From the NCBI GenBank assembly GCA_016927655.1, contig JAFGMG010000003.1, forward strand, positions 1-57,456: a stretch of DNA of 57,456 nt, read 5' to 3'. The translations under genes and the position numbers were made by a program. The DNA comes from Candidatus Dojkabacteria bacterium. GTDB taxonomy: Bacteria > Patescibacteriota > Dojkabacteria > B142 > JAFGMG01. This document shows positions 42,565 to 52,033 of this stretch, piece after piece (positions within the stretch are counted from its first letter, which is position 1; every line of letters begins with the position of its first letter). The notes under the pieces are model-generated. The model worked only from the letters and a program-made list of their open reading frames with translations. It was not told the origin of the DNA and did not search any database.

Positions 42565-43065
42565 CTATATTTTCCTGCTATCATACGCCCAATGCAATAA
42601 GGCCTGTCTCTGTTTTCTCCGACAATTCAAGTCTCCAGGAAAACAATTATTTTTTATCTGAGCAATATGTCTTTTGATTGCTTTCCATCTTTTTATCTGT
42701 CTTAAATCATCTTCGTGCCTTCTTCCCATAAAATACCGGCAGTACCATTGGAACCAACCCCTTGGGTCATCCGGATGAATCCATCCTTTTTTACGCCAGA
42801 CAGATAAAGGTTGACTTGCGTTCACCTCGAAAAAATTCAATTTTGGATCATGTATTTTACTGTTAAGTTTGGCTTCTTTAAACCATTTCTTTGAAAATTC
42901 GGCCTTACAGTCAGTCATATATTTCCCGCCAAACACACCCAGCTGAAGCATTTCCTTTGGAGTTAATTCAGGTTTAAAATCAGGGTGAAAATTTCTTCCT
43001 TCGGATTCGGTTAAAAAGTATGTGTACTTTTTTTGCATTTTATCATTGACAATAACCTTTCTCAT
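42565..43065 (-). CDS. Conserved hypothetical protein (166 aa)
   Basis: The ORF is taken from the internal ATG at 43065 (MRKVIVND...). The tracked 221-aa version runs through the tRNA-Ser gene. A W/R-rich segment GWIHPDDPRGWFQWYCRYFMGRR is present, and I do not recognise the family. Confidence 0.6.
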   Translation of the reverse strand: MRKVIVNDKMQKKYTYFLTESEGRNFHPDFKPELTPKEMLQLGVFGGKYMTDCKAEFSKKWFKEAKLNSKIHDPKLNFFEVNASQPLSVWRKKGWIHPDDPRGWFQWYCRYFMGRRHEDDLRQIKRWKAIKRHIAQIKNNCFPGDLNCRRKQRQALLHWAYDSRKI

Positions 43066-43185
43066 TCTATTTTGCTTAGTTGATAATGGCAAAAAAATTT
43101 GAAAGATCAGAAATTTCGATTTGCGCTTAAAATGGGCTGGCAAGCCCTCAAGAGAGGCAACGAGCCAACAAAGACGTTTCCGAAA

Positions 43186-43273
43186 TGGCGGAGAGGGTGG
43201 GATTCGAACCCGCGGTACCCGAAGGTACACCTCGTTAGCAGTGAGGCGCTTTCGACCACTCAGCCACCTCTCC
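43186..43273 (-). tRNA. tRNA-Ser (anticodon GCU), type II with long variable arm, CCA encoded
   Basis: Minus strand: GGAGAGG...anticodon loop CTGCTAA...variable arm GTGTACCTTCGGGTACC...GGGTTCGAATCCC...CCTCTCC G CCA. Length 88 nt, discriminator G. Confidence 0.9.
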
Positions 43274-43360
43274 GTCGTTATTGATTATAGCTTATTGGGG
43301 CTGTTATGCTCAAGTTTGTGTAGAAGTTGCCTTATAAGTCAAAAATCTCTAATATGAACT

Positions 43361-44059
43361 ATGGCAACAAAAGAAAGTGATCCAAAATCTTCCGAGCCGG
43401 ATGTCTCAGGACTTCGAGCAGAGATTGACCGACTTGAGGCGAAAATCCGCGCGGCAGAAATGGCTGCAAATGCACAGCTTGAAGAAGCCGCTCCTCTTCA
43501 GACACTACTAAAATGGAAGGCACCAGAACGACTTTATACACAAAGAGGGAGGCCATGGTACGTAACCGTTGCGTTTATTACAGTTATTATAATCGCCTAC
43601 TCTGCTCTTACCGGCAACTATCTTTTGATTGTCGCCTTGATAACCCTACTGATATTGCTTTATGCAATGAACGCACTCCCTCCAAGGGTAATTGAGCACG
43701 AAATAACGAATAAGGGCCTAAAAACTTTCGATAAGATCTATACATGGAACAAAATCGAAGGATTCTGGGTAAGTAAAAGAGCTGGACAATTTGTTATGAA
43801 TATTGATCTTTTTGATGAATCGATTGGGCGGATGATTTTACTACTTGATCCAAAGCAGGCAAGTGAAATTGTAGGGGAACTTGTGAAAAGAGTTGACTAT
43901 ATAAATCCAGGAGGAACAGGACAGGATATAATTTCAAAATTGACCGAAGGCAAACATGTTCCTATTACAGAGTTTCTAGATATCTACGGCGAAAGTGAAA
44001 AACTCGATAAAGAAGTAAAAAATCCCCAAGCACCACAGCCTGCCCCAAAAGCAAAATAG
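43361..44059 (+). CDS. Hypothetical membrane protein (two TM helices, bPH-like C-terminal domain?)
   Basis: 232-aa ORF with an N-terminal coiled coil, a hydrophobic hairpin (VTVAFITVIIIAYSALTGNYLLIVALITLLILLYA) and a P/A/K-rich tail. Confidence 0.6.
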   Translation: MATKESDPKSSEPDVSGLRAEIDRLEAKIRAAEMAANAQLEEAAPLQTLLKWKAPERLYTQRGRPWYVTVAFITVIIIAYSALTGNYLLIVALITLLILLYAMNALPPRVIEHEITNKGLKTFDKIYTWNKIEGFWVSKRAGQFVMNIDLFDESIGRMILLLDPKQASEIVGELVKRVDYINPGGTGQDIISKLTEGKHVPITEFLDIYGESEKLDKEVKNPQAPQPAPKAK

Positions 44060-44098
44060 TCCCCAATCTGTTAAAATTACATTGATTTTCTAGACGAC

Positions 44099-44171
44099 GC
44101 GCTTGTAGCTCAATGGATAGAGCACTTCTTTGCGGAAGAAGAGGTTGTGGGTTCGAGTCCCGCCAAGCGCA
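44099..44171 (+). tRNA. tRNA-Arg (anticodon GCG)
   Basis: The cloverleaf folds by hand: acceptor GCGCTTG/CAAGCGC, D arm GCTC/GAGC, anticodon stem CTTCT/AGAAG with loop TTGCGGA, and T arm GTGGG TTCGAGT CCCGC. Discriminator A, no encoded CCA. Confidence 0.9.
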
Positions 44172-44180
44172 CTTTTCTGC

Positions 44181-44267
44181 GGAGAGATGCCTGAGTGGTT
44201 GAAAGGGCCGCTCTCGAAAAGCGGTGTCCCGCTTGCGGGACCCAGGGTTCGAATCCCTGTCTCTCCG
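44181..44267 (+). tRNA. tRNA-Ser (anticodon CGA), type II
   Basis: Acceptor GGAGAGA/TCTCTCC; anticodon stem CCGCT/AGCGG with loop CTCGAAA; long variable arm GTGTCCCGCTTGCGGGACC; T loop GGGTTCGAATCCC. Discriminator G, no encoded CCA. Confidence 0.9.
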
Positions 44268-44288
44268 TTTTTAAACTAGAAAATTCTA

Positions 44289-44846
44289 TTATCTTGGGCT
44301 AAATAACCCCTTCTCCCTTGCAATTGTCAGAAAGGCAATTGTATCTGATTGGAAGACTCCACCATTTTCTACCATTTCAAATGCTTTTTCCGGCATTATT
44401 TTTACAATTTCGATGTCCTCATTAGATTCCAGATTTTGTTTTGAATTAAACTCCACATTTTTCAAGGCAAAACCAAATACAGTCATATCTACTTTGTGAG
44501 GAATTGGGGTGGTTTTGCCAAGAGGAATTAACTGATCTTGACTGACCCTGATCCCGATCTCTTCCTCAAGCTCTGCAACTGCAACTTCCTCTACACTCCT
44601 CCCACCATCAACCATTCCGGCAGGAAGTTCCAGCATAATTTGCTTTGTAGCATGCCTGTACTGCCTGATAAACACAATTTCACCAGTTTTCAATACCGGC
44701 AGCATTATTGCGATCTCGCCAAGTCTGCTATAGTAAAAATCATCTATAACCTGGCCATTATCAAGTTTCACTTTGTCTCTAAATACTGGAAACCACCTTT
44801 TGTGAGGAGAAACATCTTCAGTTTCTAAAACTTTCCATTTGTTCAT
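44289..44846 (-). CDS. NUDIX hydrolase (ADP-ribose pyrophosphatase-like)
   Basis: Nudix box LPAGMVDGGRSVEEVAVAELEEEIGI (GX5EX7REUXEEXGU pattern). Confidence 0.85.
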   Translation of the reverse strand: MNKWKVLETEDVSPHKRWFPVFRDKVKLDNGQVIDDFYYSRLGEIAIMLPVLKTGEIVFIRQYRHATKQIMLELPAGMVDGGRSVEEVAVAELEEEIGIRVSQDQLIPLGKTTPIPHKVDMTVFGFALKNVEFNSKQNLESNEDIEIVKIMPEKAFEMVENGGVFQSDTIAFLTIAREKGLFSPR

Positions 44847-44879
44847 GAGTACTTGAAAAAATATAGACTAATTATAACT

Positions 44880-45758
44880 CTAAAAAACCGAAAGCGAAAT
44901 TATCCCGCCAATCACCAATGCAATCGCAAAATACTGCTTGAGTGATAATTTCTCAGCAAAGAACATCCAGGCTGCAATTACTGCCACAAGAGGTGATGCA
45001 CCTGAGATAGCGCCAACAATTCCAGCATTACCAATCGTATATGCTTGTGTCACAGCAAGTCCTCCAATCACAGAAGAAATGCTAATCATCAAAATTCCCC
45101 AACCATTTACTTTGAATTCTTCCTTGTCTAGCTTTAAAGCTTTTCCTGATGATTTTGTCTGAATCATACCCTCCGTCCACACGATTAATTCTGTGAAAAA
45201 TGTAAAGAATACGACTCCAAGTCTTTCCCCAAAATACCCGAAGAATGGCAATGTAGCTCCCCAGAAAACCGCCGCAAGAAGCGCATAGGGGATTCCACTA
45301 CTCAATTTGAAAATATCCGAATTCTTTAACTGCCCAAAGTCTAGAGAAAGCAGTGCAACGCCAGAAAATATAATCACTATTGCAAAGATTTGGAATAAAT
45401 TTAGGGTGTCATCAAGCAAACTTACTGCAACAAAGGCGGAAACCAATATTCTGGCTGCTGATACTGGGACAACAATACCAACTTTTCCAGCTTCAACTGA
45501 TTTATTAAAAAACATTAACCCAAGATAGCTCACAGCAATCAGCGCCCCACCCTTCAGTAGATTTGTTTTATCAAGCGTTGTTTGATTTAGAAAAAACAAC
45601 AAAATTATAGAAAGAAAGACTACATTCAAAAATCCTCGATAAACGAGCAGTCTAACTGCTCCGAGATTCATGGCATACTTTTTCGTAACTGCATTTCCGT
45701 ATCCAAACATGAACATCGCAACCAAGGACAGGACAAATGCCAGAAGATTATCACTCAT
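44880..45758 (-). CDS. EamA/DMT superfamily transporter
   Basis: Ten hydrophobic segments arranged as two 5-TM halves, typical of EamA repeats. Confidence 0.75.
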   Translation of the reverse strand: MSDNLLAFVLSLVAMFMFGYGNAVTKKYAMNLGAVRLLVYRGFLNVVFLSIILLFFLNQTTLDKTNLLKGGALIAVSYLGLMFFNKSVEAGKVGIVVPVSAARILVSAFVAVSLLDDTLNLFQIFAIVIIFSGVALLSLDFGQLKNSDIFKLSSGIPYALLAAVFWGATLPFFGYFGERLGVVFFTFFTELIVWTEGMIQTKSSGKALKLDKEEFKVNGWGILMISISSVIGGLAVTQAYTIGNAGIVGAISGASPLVAVIAAWMFFAEKLSLKQYFAIALVIGGIISLSVF

Positions 45759-46896
45759 TGTGCCTAAATAAAGCTAAACCGCTGAATAATAACAAAACAA
45801 CTGCGGAAAAAATATAAATTCCTTCAAATGTGCTGATTTGAATTATCAGGCCGAAAATTAGAAAATAACCAATTCCAAAAATATGTTTCAAGAAATTTGA
45901 GAACGAAATGACCGTTGCCCTACTTTGCCCGACTATTTCATGCTGAATTCTGCCATCAATTAATACACTCAAAGGCGCGATCACAATGTATGAAAAAATA
46001 AGTGTAATTAACGTTGGTATTGAAGGAAGTAGCCCGGAAATTAGGAGAAGTGCTGCACTGATTAGTGGCAGTAATACGAAAACGAGTCGATTCCCTTTTA
46101 ATTTGTAACTCAATCCCTCTACAATTGCAGCACCCATAAATGGAATAAAGGCAATCACACCAAAAAATGCCACAGGAAGATCAACAAGCTTGAAGTATAA
46201 TTGATCGTATTCTTCTATATTTCCATATATACTCAAAACAACTAGACTAAAAAACAAAAACCTGATTATTTTTGATGATCGAATAAAATTAATAGCATCT
46301 TTGATATATTCCAAATACTTTATCTCCTCGGACTGTTTTTTCGCTCGTACTTCAACGAAACTCAAAGCTATTAACGTGCCAAAAATCAATGGGAAGATAG
46401 AAGCTATCATCACCAGTTCAATCGAAATTGAAGCTATCAGTCCTCCAAATATTAGTCCCAAAGACACACCAAATTTCTTTGAGAAATTCACACCGCTGAT
46501 TACTTTTTCGTAAGCATCTTGCATTTTGTCTCTGGCAAGAACATCGTAAATATACGCCTGGTAAGTTCCCGTAAGTAGTGTACTTGCCAATCCCCAGATT
46601 AGAAATCCGAGCGCGTAGAGTAAAAAACTACCAGTTAATGCTCCCCACAGAAGGAAGGCAATAGCTTTTAAAACTGGCGCTGCCACGATGAGCCACTTTC
46701 TATTCACCTTATCTGCTAAAACACCAGACGGAATTTCAAAAACTACCGCCACAAAAGCCCACCAACCAAGCAATATACTGATTTCTACATTGTTCAATCC
46801 GTTGTTTGAAAACAGCAGATTGTAAACAGCATAAGCGAAGGTCAGATCGTAAAGAAGTGCATAGGCATAAATTTTTGCAAGAAATTTACTATTCAT
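45751..46896 (-). CDS. MFS-type transporter
   Basis: About 11-12 TM segments. The loop 2-3 motif GVLADKVNRKW resembles the MFS signature G-x-L-x-D-R/K-x-G-R-R/K. Confidence 0.7.
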   Translation of the reverse strand: MNSKFLAKIYAYALLYDLTFAYAVYNLLFSNNGLNNVEISILLGWWAFVAVVFEIPSGVLADKVNRKWLIVAAPVLKAIAFLLWGALTGSFLLYALGFLIWGLASTLLTGTYQAYIYDVLARDKMQDAYEKVISGVNFSKKFGVSLGLIFGGLIASISIELVMIASIFPLIFGTLIALSFVEVRAKKQSEEIKYLEYIKDAINFIRSSKIIRFLFFSLVVLSIYGNIEEYDQLYFKLVDLPVAFFGVIAFIPFMGAAIVEGLSYKLKGNRLVFVLLPLISAALLLISGLLPSIPTLITLIFSYIVIAPLSVLIDGRIQHEIVGQSRATVISFSNFLKHIFGIGYFLIFGLIIQISTFEGIYIFSAVVLLLFSGLALFRHNE

Positions 46897-46936
46897 ATCA
46901 TTCTTATTCTATCAGAGTTTGAAATCACTTACGAAA

Positions 46937-46945
46937 TGCTATAAT
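46937..46945 (+). promoter_or_regulatory. Extended -10 element (TGCTATAAT) 6 nt upstream of the RodZ-like ATG (leaderless candidate)
   Basis: TGC TATAAT at 46937-45, then AAGCCC, then ATG at 46952. Confidence 0.35.
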
Positions 46946-46951
46946 AAGCCC

Positions 46952-47743
46952 ATGATCAACTCCACTTTCAAAATACAAACCATTGGAGAATTGCTCAAAG
47001 AGAAGCGGGCAAAAAAAGGCCTGAGCCTCAGGCAGATCTCGGAAATCACCAAAATCCGCGTTGAATACCTGCAGGCACTGGAAGATGGCCGCTATAGTGC
47101 GTTCCCTTCTGAGGTTTACCTCAAAGGATTTCTCAAGAATTATGCCAAATTCCTAGGTATCGACAAAGAGCGATCACTAGCACTCTATAGAAGAGAAAAT
47201 AAAATTTTAGAAAAAGAGCAGCTCAAACAATCAACAGGTCCTGGAAGCAAGGTCAGTTTCAATACACTGCTTACTCCGGAAAGAATCATAATTGCGATAG
47301 TAGCAATAATTTCAGGACTAATCGGATATTATATCGTCAATCAAATCGGAGTGGTTTTGGAAAATCCAGAATTACAGATCAACACACCAGTACTGGCTGA
47401 ACGCGGTGAAACAAAAGAAATGGAAACAGAAGATGAGACGATAAATTTTTCAGGGATAATTGCCCCAAATGCAAGCCTAAGTATAAACGGAGATCCAGTC
47501 ACTACAAATAATTTAAATAGATTTGAAATAGTTGATTTAAACCTGAATGAAGGCAGAAATGAATTTGTGATAGTAGCCGAAAGTCAATTTGGGCGAAGAA
47601 GCGAGATTGTTTTGATTGTAAACCGGATAGTAATTAACGAAACAACCGATCAAACAGTAGAAAAACCCGCAGATCTTAACGGGGAACCAGTTTTGACACC
47701 AGACGGCACACCAGGCTCAAGCGGCGAAACCGCGCCAATTTGA
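46952..47743 (+). CDS. rodZ: RodZ-like cytoskeleton protein (HTH_25 domain plus TM plus extracytoplasmic domain)
   Basis: IGELLKEKRAKKGLSLRQISEITKIRVEYLQALEDGRYSAFPSEVYLKGFLKNYAKFLGID, then a TM helix (IIIAIVAIISGLIGYYIV). ATG at 46952 is preferred over the tracked TTG at 46919. Confidence 0.75.
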   Translation: MINSTFKIQTIGELLKEKRAKKGLSLRQISEITKIRVEYLQALEDGRYSAFPSEVYLKGFLKNYAKFLGIDKERSLALYRRENKILEKEQLKQSTGPGSKVSFNTLLTPERIIIAIVAIISGLIGYYIVNQIGVVLENPELQINTPVLAERGETKEMETEDETINFSGIIAPNASLSINGDPVTTNNLNRFEIVDLNLNEGRNEFVIVAESQFGRRSEIVLIVNRIVINETTDQTVEKPADLNGEPVLTPDGTPGSSGETAPI

Positions 47744-47789
47744 TCTTTCGGCTTGAATTCGGTATACTCAGATCAATCGCAATAAAGAT

Positions 47790-48401
47790 ATGTATAAAAC
47801 TCTTACAAAGCGTCAAAAAGAAATTCTAGACTATATTGATAATTACGCAGAAGTTAAAGGTTACGCACCCTCTCTGGAAGAGGTAAAAAAGCATTTCAGA
47901 CTCAAAGCCGTCTCCACAGTCCACGAACACATAGAGAATCTAAAAAAGAAGGGTTATCTCAAAAAGGAAATAAATCAGGCACGAGGAATTGAGGTAATAG
48001 ATCCTACCCTAGATGAGAATAATTTTGCACAGATTCAAAATCTTGGGACTATCACAGCGGGAGAACCTATCGAGGCAGTCGAAGATCCGGAGCCGCTTTT
48101 AGTGAGCAAAGAATTACTATCTGCAAATGGGACATATTATGCGCTTACAGTAAAAGGCGATAGTATGGTTGAAGAAGGTATTCTGGATGGAGACATTGTA
48201 GTCGTAAGACAGCAAAAAACAGCAGATAACGGAGAGGCTGTGATTGCAGTGCTGCAAGACAATCTGGCCACTCTTAAGAAATTTTATAAGGAGAAAAACC
48301 GAGTGTGTCTCCAGCCTGCAAATGACGCACTTAAACCTAAGTATTACCGAAATATCGAAATCCGCGGCAAAGTCGTCAGTTTGATTAGAAAGTTTAAATA
48401 A
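47790..48401 (+). CDS. lexA: LexA repressor (S24 peptidase)
   Basis: Winged-helix N-terminus (LTKRQKEILDYI...GYAPSLEEV), a cleavage region AG, the catalytic Ser in VKGDSM, and a Lys in LKKF... Confidence 0.9.
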   Translation: MYKTLTKRQKEILDYIDNYAEVKGYAPSLEEVKKHFRLKAVSTVHEHIENLKKKGYLKKEINQARGIEVIDPTLDENNFAQIQNLGTITAGEPIEAVEDPEPLLVSKELLSANGTYYALTVKGDSMVEEGILDGDIVVVRQQKTADNGEAVIAVLQDNLATLKKFYKEKNRVCLQPANDALKPKYYRNIEIRGKVVSLIRKFK

Positions 48402-48420
48402 GCTTTGAGTTTTTCAAAGT

Positions 48421-49020
48421 ATGAACAAAAACCAACTCCAGGAATTTTTAACCGCAATTTCCGACCCCATAAGATTCAAACTTCTCTTGAAAATTTTTGA
48501 AGCATTTCTTTTGTATAATCCGAGCGACAAGCCGGCCTATAGAGGAAATTGCGTCACAAATCTAAAAAAGCTAACCGATTTGAGTCAACCGACAATTTCT
48601 CATCATTTAAAGATTCTCGAAGATGCAAGAGTGATAATTGCCGAAAGACAGGGGAAATGGATCCATTATCTGCCAAATACCGAATATATTGATAGATTTA
48701 AAGAAGAAATCGATTCGATTTTCTCTTTTGAAAAGCCAAAGCAGACACATCTTGATGCAGTCCGTTTTGACGCAGACGATAGAAAACTTAGATCACTTAT
48801 AGATCTTCTTAGAAACCACGATATTGCGCTCAAACACTACACTAAGAGGAAAACTACCTCAAGCATATATATTGAAGACAAAAGCAGCAAAGATTTATTT
48901 TTACTGCTTTATAACAATACAACAAATATCTTGACAATCAGGCTGATTGGAGAATCAAATATGATATCTGCCAGTCAGCTTATTCCGCTTATCAAAAGAT
49001 ATATACAGAGTTTGAATTGA
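48421..49020 (+). CDS. ArsR/SmtB-family winged-helix regulator with an extra C-terminal domain
   Basis: ISDPIRFKLLLKI...LSQPTISHHLKILEDARVIIAERQGKWIHY. Confidence 0.7.
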   Translation: MNKNQLQEFLTAISDPIRFKLLLKIFEAFLLYNPSDKPAYRGNCVTNLKKLTDLSQPTISHHLKILEDARVIIAERQGKWIHYLPNTEYIDRFKEEIDSIFSFEKPKQTHLDAVRFDADDRKLRSLIDLLRNHDIALKHYTKRKTTSSIYIEDKSSKDLFLLLYNNTTNILTIRLIGESNMISASQLIPLIKRYIQSLN

Positions 49021-49039
49021 GTTTAAATCAAGATTATTA

Positions 49040-50278
49040 CTAGACTACCCCCTTTGCTCTTGCTGAATCCAATACTTTCTTAATCGCAAGTGCATATACA
49101 GCTGCTCTGAAATTTATTTTCAGTCTCTCCATTTCATCAAAAGATTGATTGAATGCGTCAACAATTTTCTTCTGCAGTTTTTCATTCACTTCATCCTCCT
49201 GCCAATAGTACCCCTCCCTATTTTGCACCCATTCAAAGTATGAAACTGTTACTCCACCCGAATTTGCAAGCACATCGGGAACTACCAGCACGCCATTTTC
49301 ATTAAGCACCTCTTCTGCTTCCGGTGTAATCGGCCCATTGGCCATTTCAATTATATATTTAGCTTTCACATCCTCAACATTTTTCTCATTTATTGCATTT
49401 TCCAAAGCTGCAGGGGCCAAAATATCCACTACTAGTTCGAGAATTTTATCCCCTTCAATATTTTTTGCCCCTTCAAAGTCCTTTACGCTGCCTCCAGCAT
49501 TTTTGTGGCTCATTACTTTTTCAATATTGAGCCCGCTTTCTTTGTATATCCCGCCTTTTGAATCACTTACTGCGACAACTTTGAAGCCAAGTTCTTCTGC
49601 AATCAAAGCAAAATAATAGCCGACATTCCCAAAACCCTGGACAGCTATTGAAGTATCTTTTGGCTTCATTCCTTTCTTTTTAGCGAGCTGCTCTAAAATG
49701 TAAACGCCACCCCTTCCAGTAGCCTCAGTTCGACCCAGAGAACCCCCAAAGTCTACCGGTTTGCCTGTGATGACTCCGAGTTCCTGCCTGCCAACCAAAG
49801 TATTGTATTCATCTACCATCCATGCCATTATCTGTCCATCAGTATTTACATCTGGAGCTGGGACATCAACATCGATTCCAATATCTTTATAAATTGCTCT
49901 GATATATCCTCTTGAGAGTCTTTCTAATTCTCCTTGTGATAATTCTTCCGGATTTACAATTATACCTCCCTTTCCTCCTCCAAATGGAATATCCGCAATG
50001 GCACATTTCCATGTCATCCACATACTAAGCGCTTTTACCTCTGGAATTGAGACGTTTTGATGATACCTGATCCCTCCTTTGAAAGGCCCCCGATCATCAT
50101 TAAACTGAGACCTGAACCCGGAAAACATCTTGGTACTGCCATCGTCCATTTTCAAAGGGATACTTACTACAATAAATTTCTTTGGTTCTGAAAGATATTC
50201 TAATTCCTGATCATTCAAATCCAGGACTTTTGCCACATTATAAAGCTGCTGCTTTGCATTTTTGAAAGGATCGGACAT
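49040..50278 (-). CDS. gdhA: Glutamate dehydrogenase
   Basis: GPFKGGIRYH, PFGGGKGG, GRTEATGRG, Rossmann motif VQGFGNVG, and the C-terminal pattern PDVLANSGGVTVSYFEWVQN. Confidence 0.93.
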   Translation of the reverse strand: MSDPFKNAKQQLYNVAKVLDLNDQELEYLSEPKKFIVVSIPLKMDDGSTKMFSGFRSQFNDDRGPFKGGIRYHQNVSIPEVKALSMWMTWKCAIADIPFGGGKGGIIVNPEELSQGELERLSRGYIRAIYKDIGIDVDVPAPDVNTDGQIMAWMVDEYNTLVGRQELGVITGKPVDFGGSLGRTEATGRGGVYILEQLAKKKGMKPKDTSIAVQGFGNVGYYFALIAEELGFKVVAVSDSKGGIYKESGLNIEKVMSHKNAGGSVKDFEGAKNIEGDKILELVVDILAPAALENAINEKNVEDVKAKYIIEMANGPITPEAEEVLNENGVLVVPDVLANSGGVTVSYFEWVQNREGYYWQEDEVNEKLQKKIVDAFNQSFDEMERLKINFRAAVYALAIKKVLDSARAKGVV

Positions 50279-50314
50279 TATTTTTCCAACTAAAAAGTAA
50301 TCTAGAAGAAACTA

Positions 50315-51247
50315 TTATTCTTGGGATCTAAGCCAGGCATCCAGGTCCATCGCTGCTCTACAGCCATCACCAGCCGCAACTACGGCCTGGCGGTATTTGA
50401 AATCCTCAGCGTCGCCTGCGACAAACACACCCTCAACGCTCGTTTTTGAATCGTCAAATTTCTTGATATAACCCATCTCATCCAAATCAACTTGACCTTT
50501 AAAAACATCTGTTGTCGGGATATAACCGATAGCGACAAAAACGCCATCGAGGTCGATTTTCTTGCATTTCAATTCACCTTCTGCTGCAGAAGATTTTTTG
50601 AGTTTCAAGCCTGTTACTTGTTTATCGCCCACAATTTCCTCTACTTCTGCGTTCAAAATAAATTCAATTTTTGGATTTGCTTTCGCCTTTTCGATCAATA
50701 CTCTTTCGGCCTTAAATTCTTCTCTTCTATGAATCAAATATACTTTTTTTGCATGATTTGTGAGATAGATCGCATCTTCAAATGCTACGCTTCCACCGCC
50801 GACAACTGCTGCGACCTTATCTTTGTAAAAAGCTCCATCACAAGTCGCACATGAACTGACTCCTTTGCCCCAGAATTTCATTTCTGAATTTATCCCGAGT
50901 TTTTTTGGAATTGCACCAGTTGCGATTATCACACTTTCAGCCTCATATTCTGAGCTTCCGGCCTTAATTTTAAACGGTTTGCTTTTGAAATCAACCTCAC
51001 TCACAACTTCGTATTTCAATTCCGCACCCATATTTTTAGCCTGCTCAAGCATGTTCTTCATTAGTTCGGGTCCATTTATACCCTTTGCAAATCCCGGATA
51101 ATTCTCAACTAGAGTGGTTTGCATCAGCTGACCGCCGATATTTGTACCTGCGAAAATAACCGGCTTGAGTGCTGCTCTAGAAGCATATATAGCTGCTGTT
51201 AAACCTGCTGGGCCGGAACCGATAATTGCTACTTGGATCTTTTGCAT
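50315..51247 (-). CDS. trxB: Thioredoxin-disulfide reductase
   Basis: FAD motif VAIIGSGPAGLTAAIYA, redox-active CATCDG, NADPH motif VVGGGSVAFEDA, and C-terminal VFVAGD. Confidence 0.93.
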   Translation of the reverse strand: MQKIQVAIIGSGPAGLTAAIYASRAALKPVIFAGTNIGGQLMQTTLVENYPGFAKGINGPELMKNMLEQAKNMGAELKYEVVSEVDFKSKPFKIKAGSSEYEAESVIIATGAIPKKLGINSEMKFWGKGVSSCATCDGAFYKDKVAAVVGGGSVAFEDAIYLTNHAKKVYLIHRREEFKAERVLIEKAKANPKIEFILNAEVEEIVGDKQVTGLKLKKSSAAEGELKCKKIDLDGVFVAIGYIPTTDVFKGQVDLDEMGYIKKFDDSKTSVEGVFVAGDAEDFKYRQAVVAAGDGCRAAMDLDAWLRSQE

Positions 51248-51318
51248 TTTGAAACTTGTTTAATAGAAAATATATTGAATACTCCCCGGGGGTATATTAG
51301 CACGCAAAGGGATGACTT

Positions 51319-51612
51319 TCAAGACTCGTTCCTTTTTAGGCTAAATTCGTCTGGTACCAGATCTGCTCCCGGTTTTGAGAATGGGTTACACCGAATGATC
51401 CTTGCCACTCCCATTAGACCGCCCCTTATCACCCCAAATTTATCTATTGCCTGATAAGTATACTCAGAGCAGCTTGGATGAAAGATGCAGACTCTAAACT
51501 TTGCTGGATTTGCCCAAAAAGCGTGATCAAATGAGAATAATTTCTGATATATGCGAATCATCGCTTTTGCGATTTCCTTTGGAATATTTGTGACAATACG
51601 GTATAGATTCAT
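51319..51612 (-). CDS. yidD: Membrane protein insertion efficiency factor YidD
   Basis: IRIYQKLFS....CIFHPSCSEYTYQAIDKFGVIRGGLMGVARIIRCNPF. The start could be 51612 or the tracked 51636. Confidence 0.85.
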   Translation of the reverse strand: MNLYRIVTNIPKEIAKAMIRIYQKLFSFDHAFWANPAKFRVCIFHPSCSEYTYQAIDKFGVIRGGLMGVARIIRCNPFSKPGADLVPDEFSLKRNES

Positions 51613-51643
51613 ATATAATTCTAACACATTACACACTATATTT

Positions 51644-52033
51644 ATGATAATTCTTTCGATTGATTATGGAACGAGACATGTAGGACTTGCAATCAGCGAT
51701 GAGCGTGAGATCGTTGCAATGCGCCTTCCGAGCCTTACTATCAAAAGACCAAATGATCTAATAGAAGGCTTGAAAGCTTTAAGAAAAAATATAGTCTTTG
51801 AAAAAATACTTCTTGGCCTACCGGATAAAGGTGAAAATAGAGGGAAAATCCAAGAAATTGCAAAAACTATCCAAAAAGAATTAGATATTCCAGTTGAATT
51901 CTGGAATGAGGACTTCTCTTCTAAATCTGCTGAAAAAGGCACAAGCAAAAAATTCAAGAAAGAAAAAGCACACTCCGAGGCTGCTAGAATATTTCTTCAG
52001 GAATATCTGGAAGACCGCTCAAGTGAGTCTTAA
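51644..52033 (+). CDS. ruvX: YqgF/RuvX-like putative pre-16S rRNA nuclease (Holliday junction resolvase-like)
   Basis: MIILSIDYGTRHVGLAISD at the internal ATG 51644. The tracked start at 51551 would overlap yidD and add a hydrophobic non-homologous extension. C-terminal DE.FSS..A motif. Confidence 0.85.
   Translation: MIILSIDYGTRHVGLAISDEREIVAMRLPSLTIKRPNDLIEGLKALRKNIVFEKILLGLPDKGENRGKIQEIAKTIQKELDIPVEFWNEDFSSKSAEKGTSKKFKKEKAHSEAARIFLQEYLEDRSSES

Noticed and set aside
42565-43230. The tracked 221-aa ORF, taken as a single gene.
   Set aside because: Its first 55 codons run antisense through the promoter region and the body of the tRNA-Ser(GCU) gene (43186..43273). The internal ATG at 43065 gives a sensible 166-aa protein.
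51551-51636. The long versions of ruvX (start 51551) and yidD (start 51636), which overlap each other head to head.
   Set aside because: Homology to YqgF begins at the ATG at 51644 (MIILSIDYG). For YidD it begins well after the ATG at 51612. The extensions are non-homologous and would overlap divergently.
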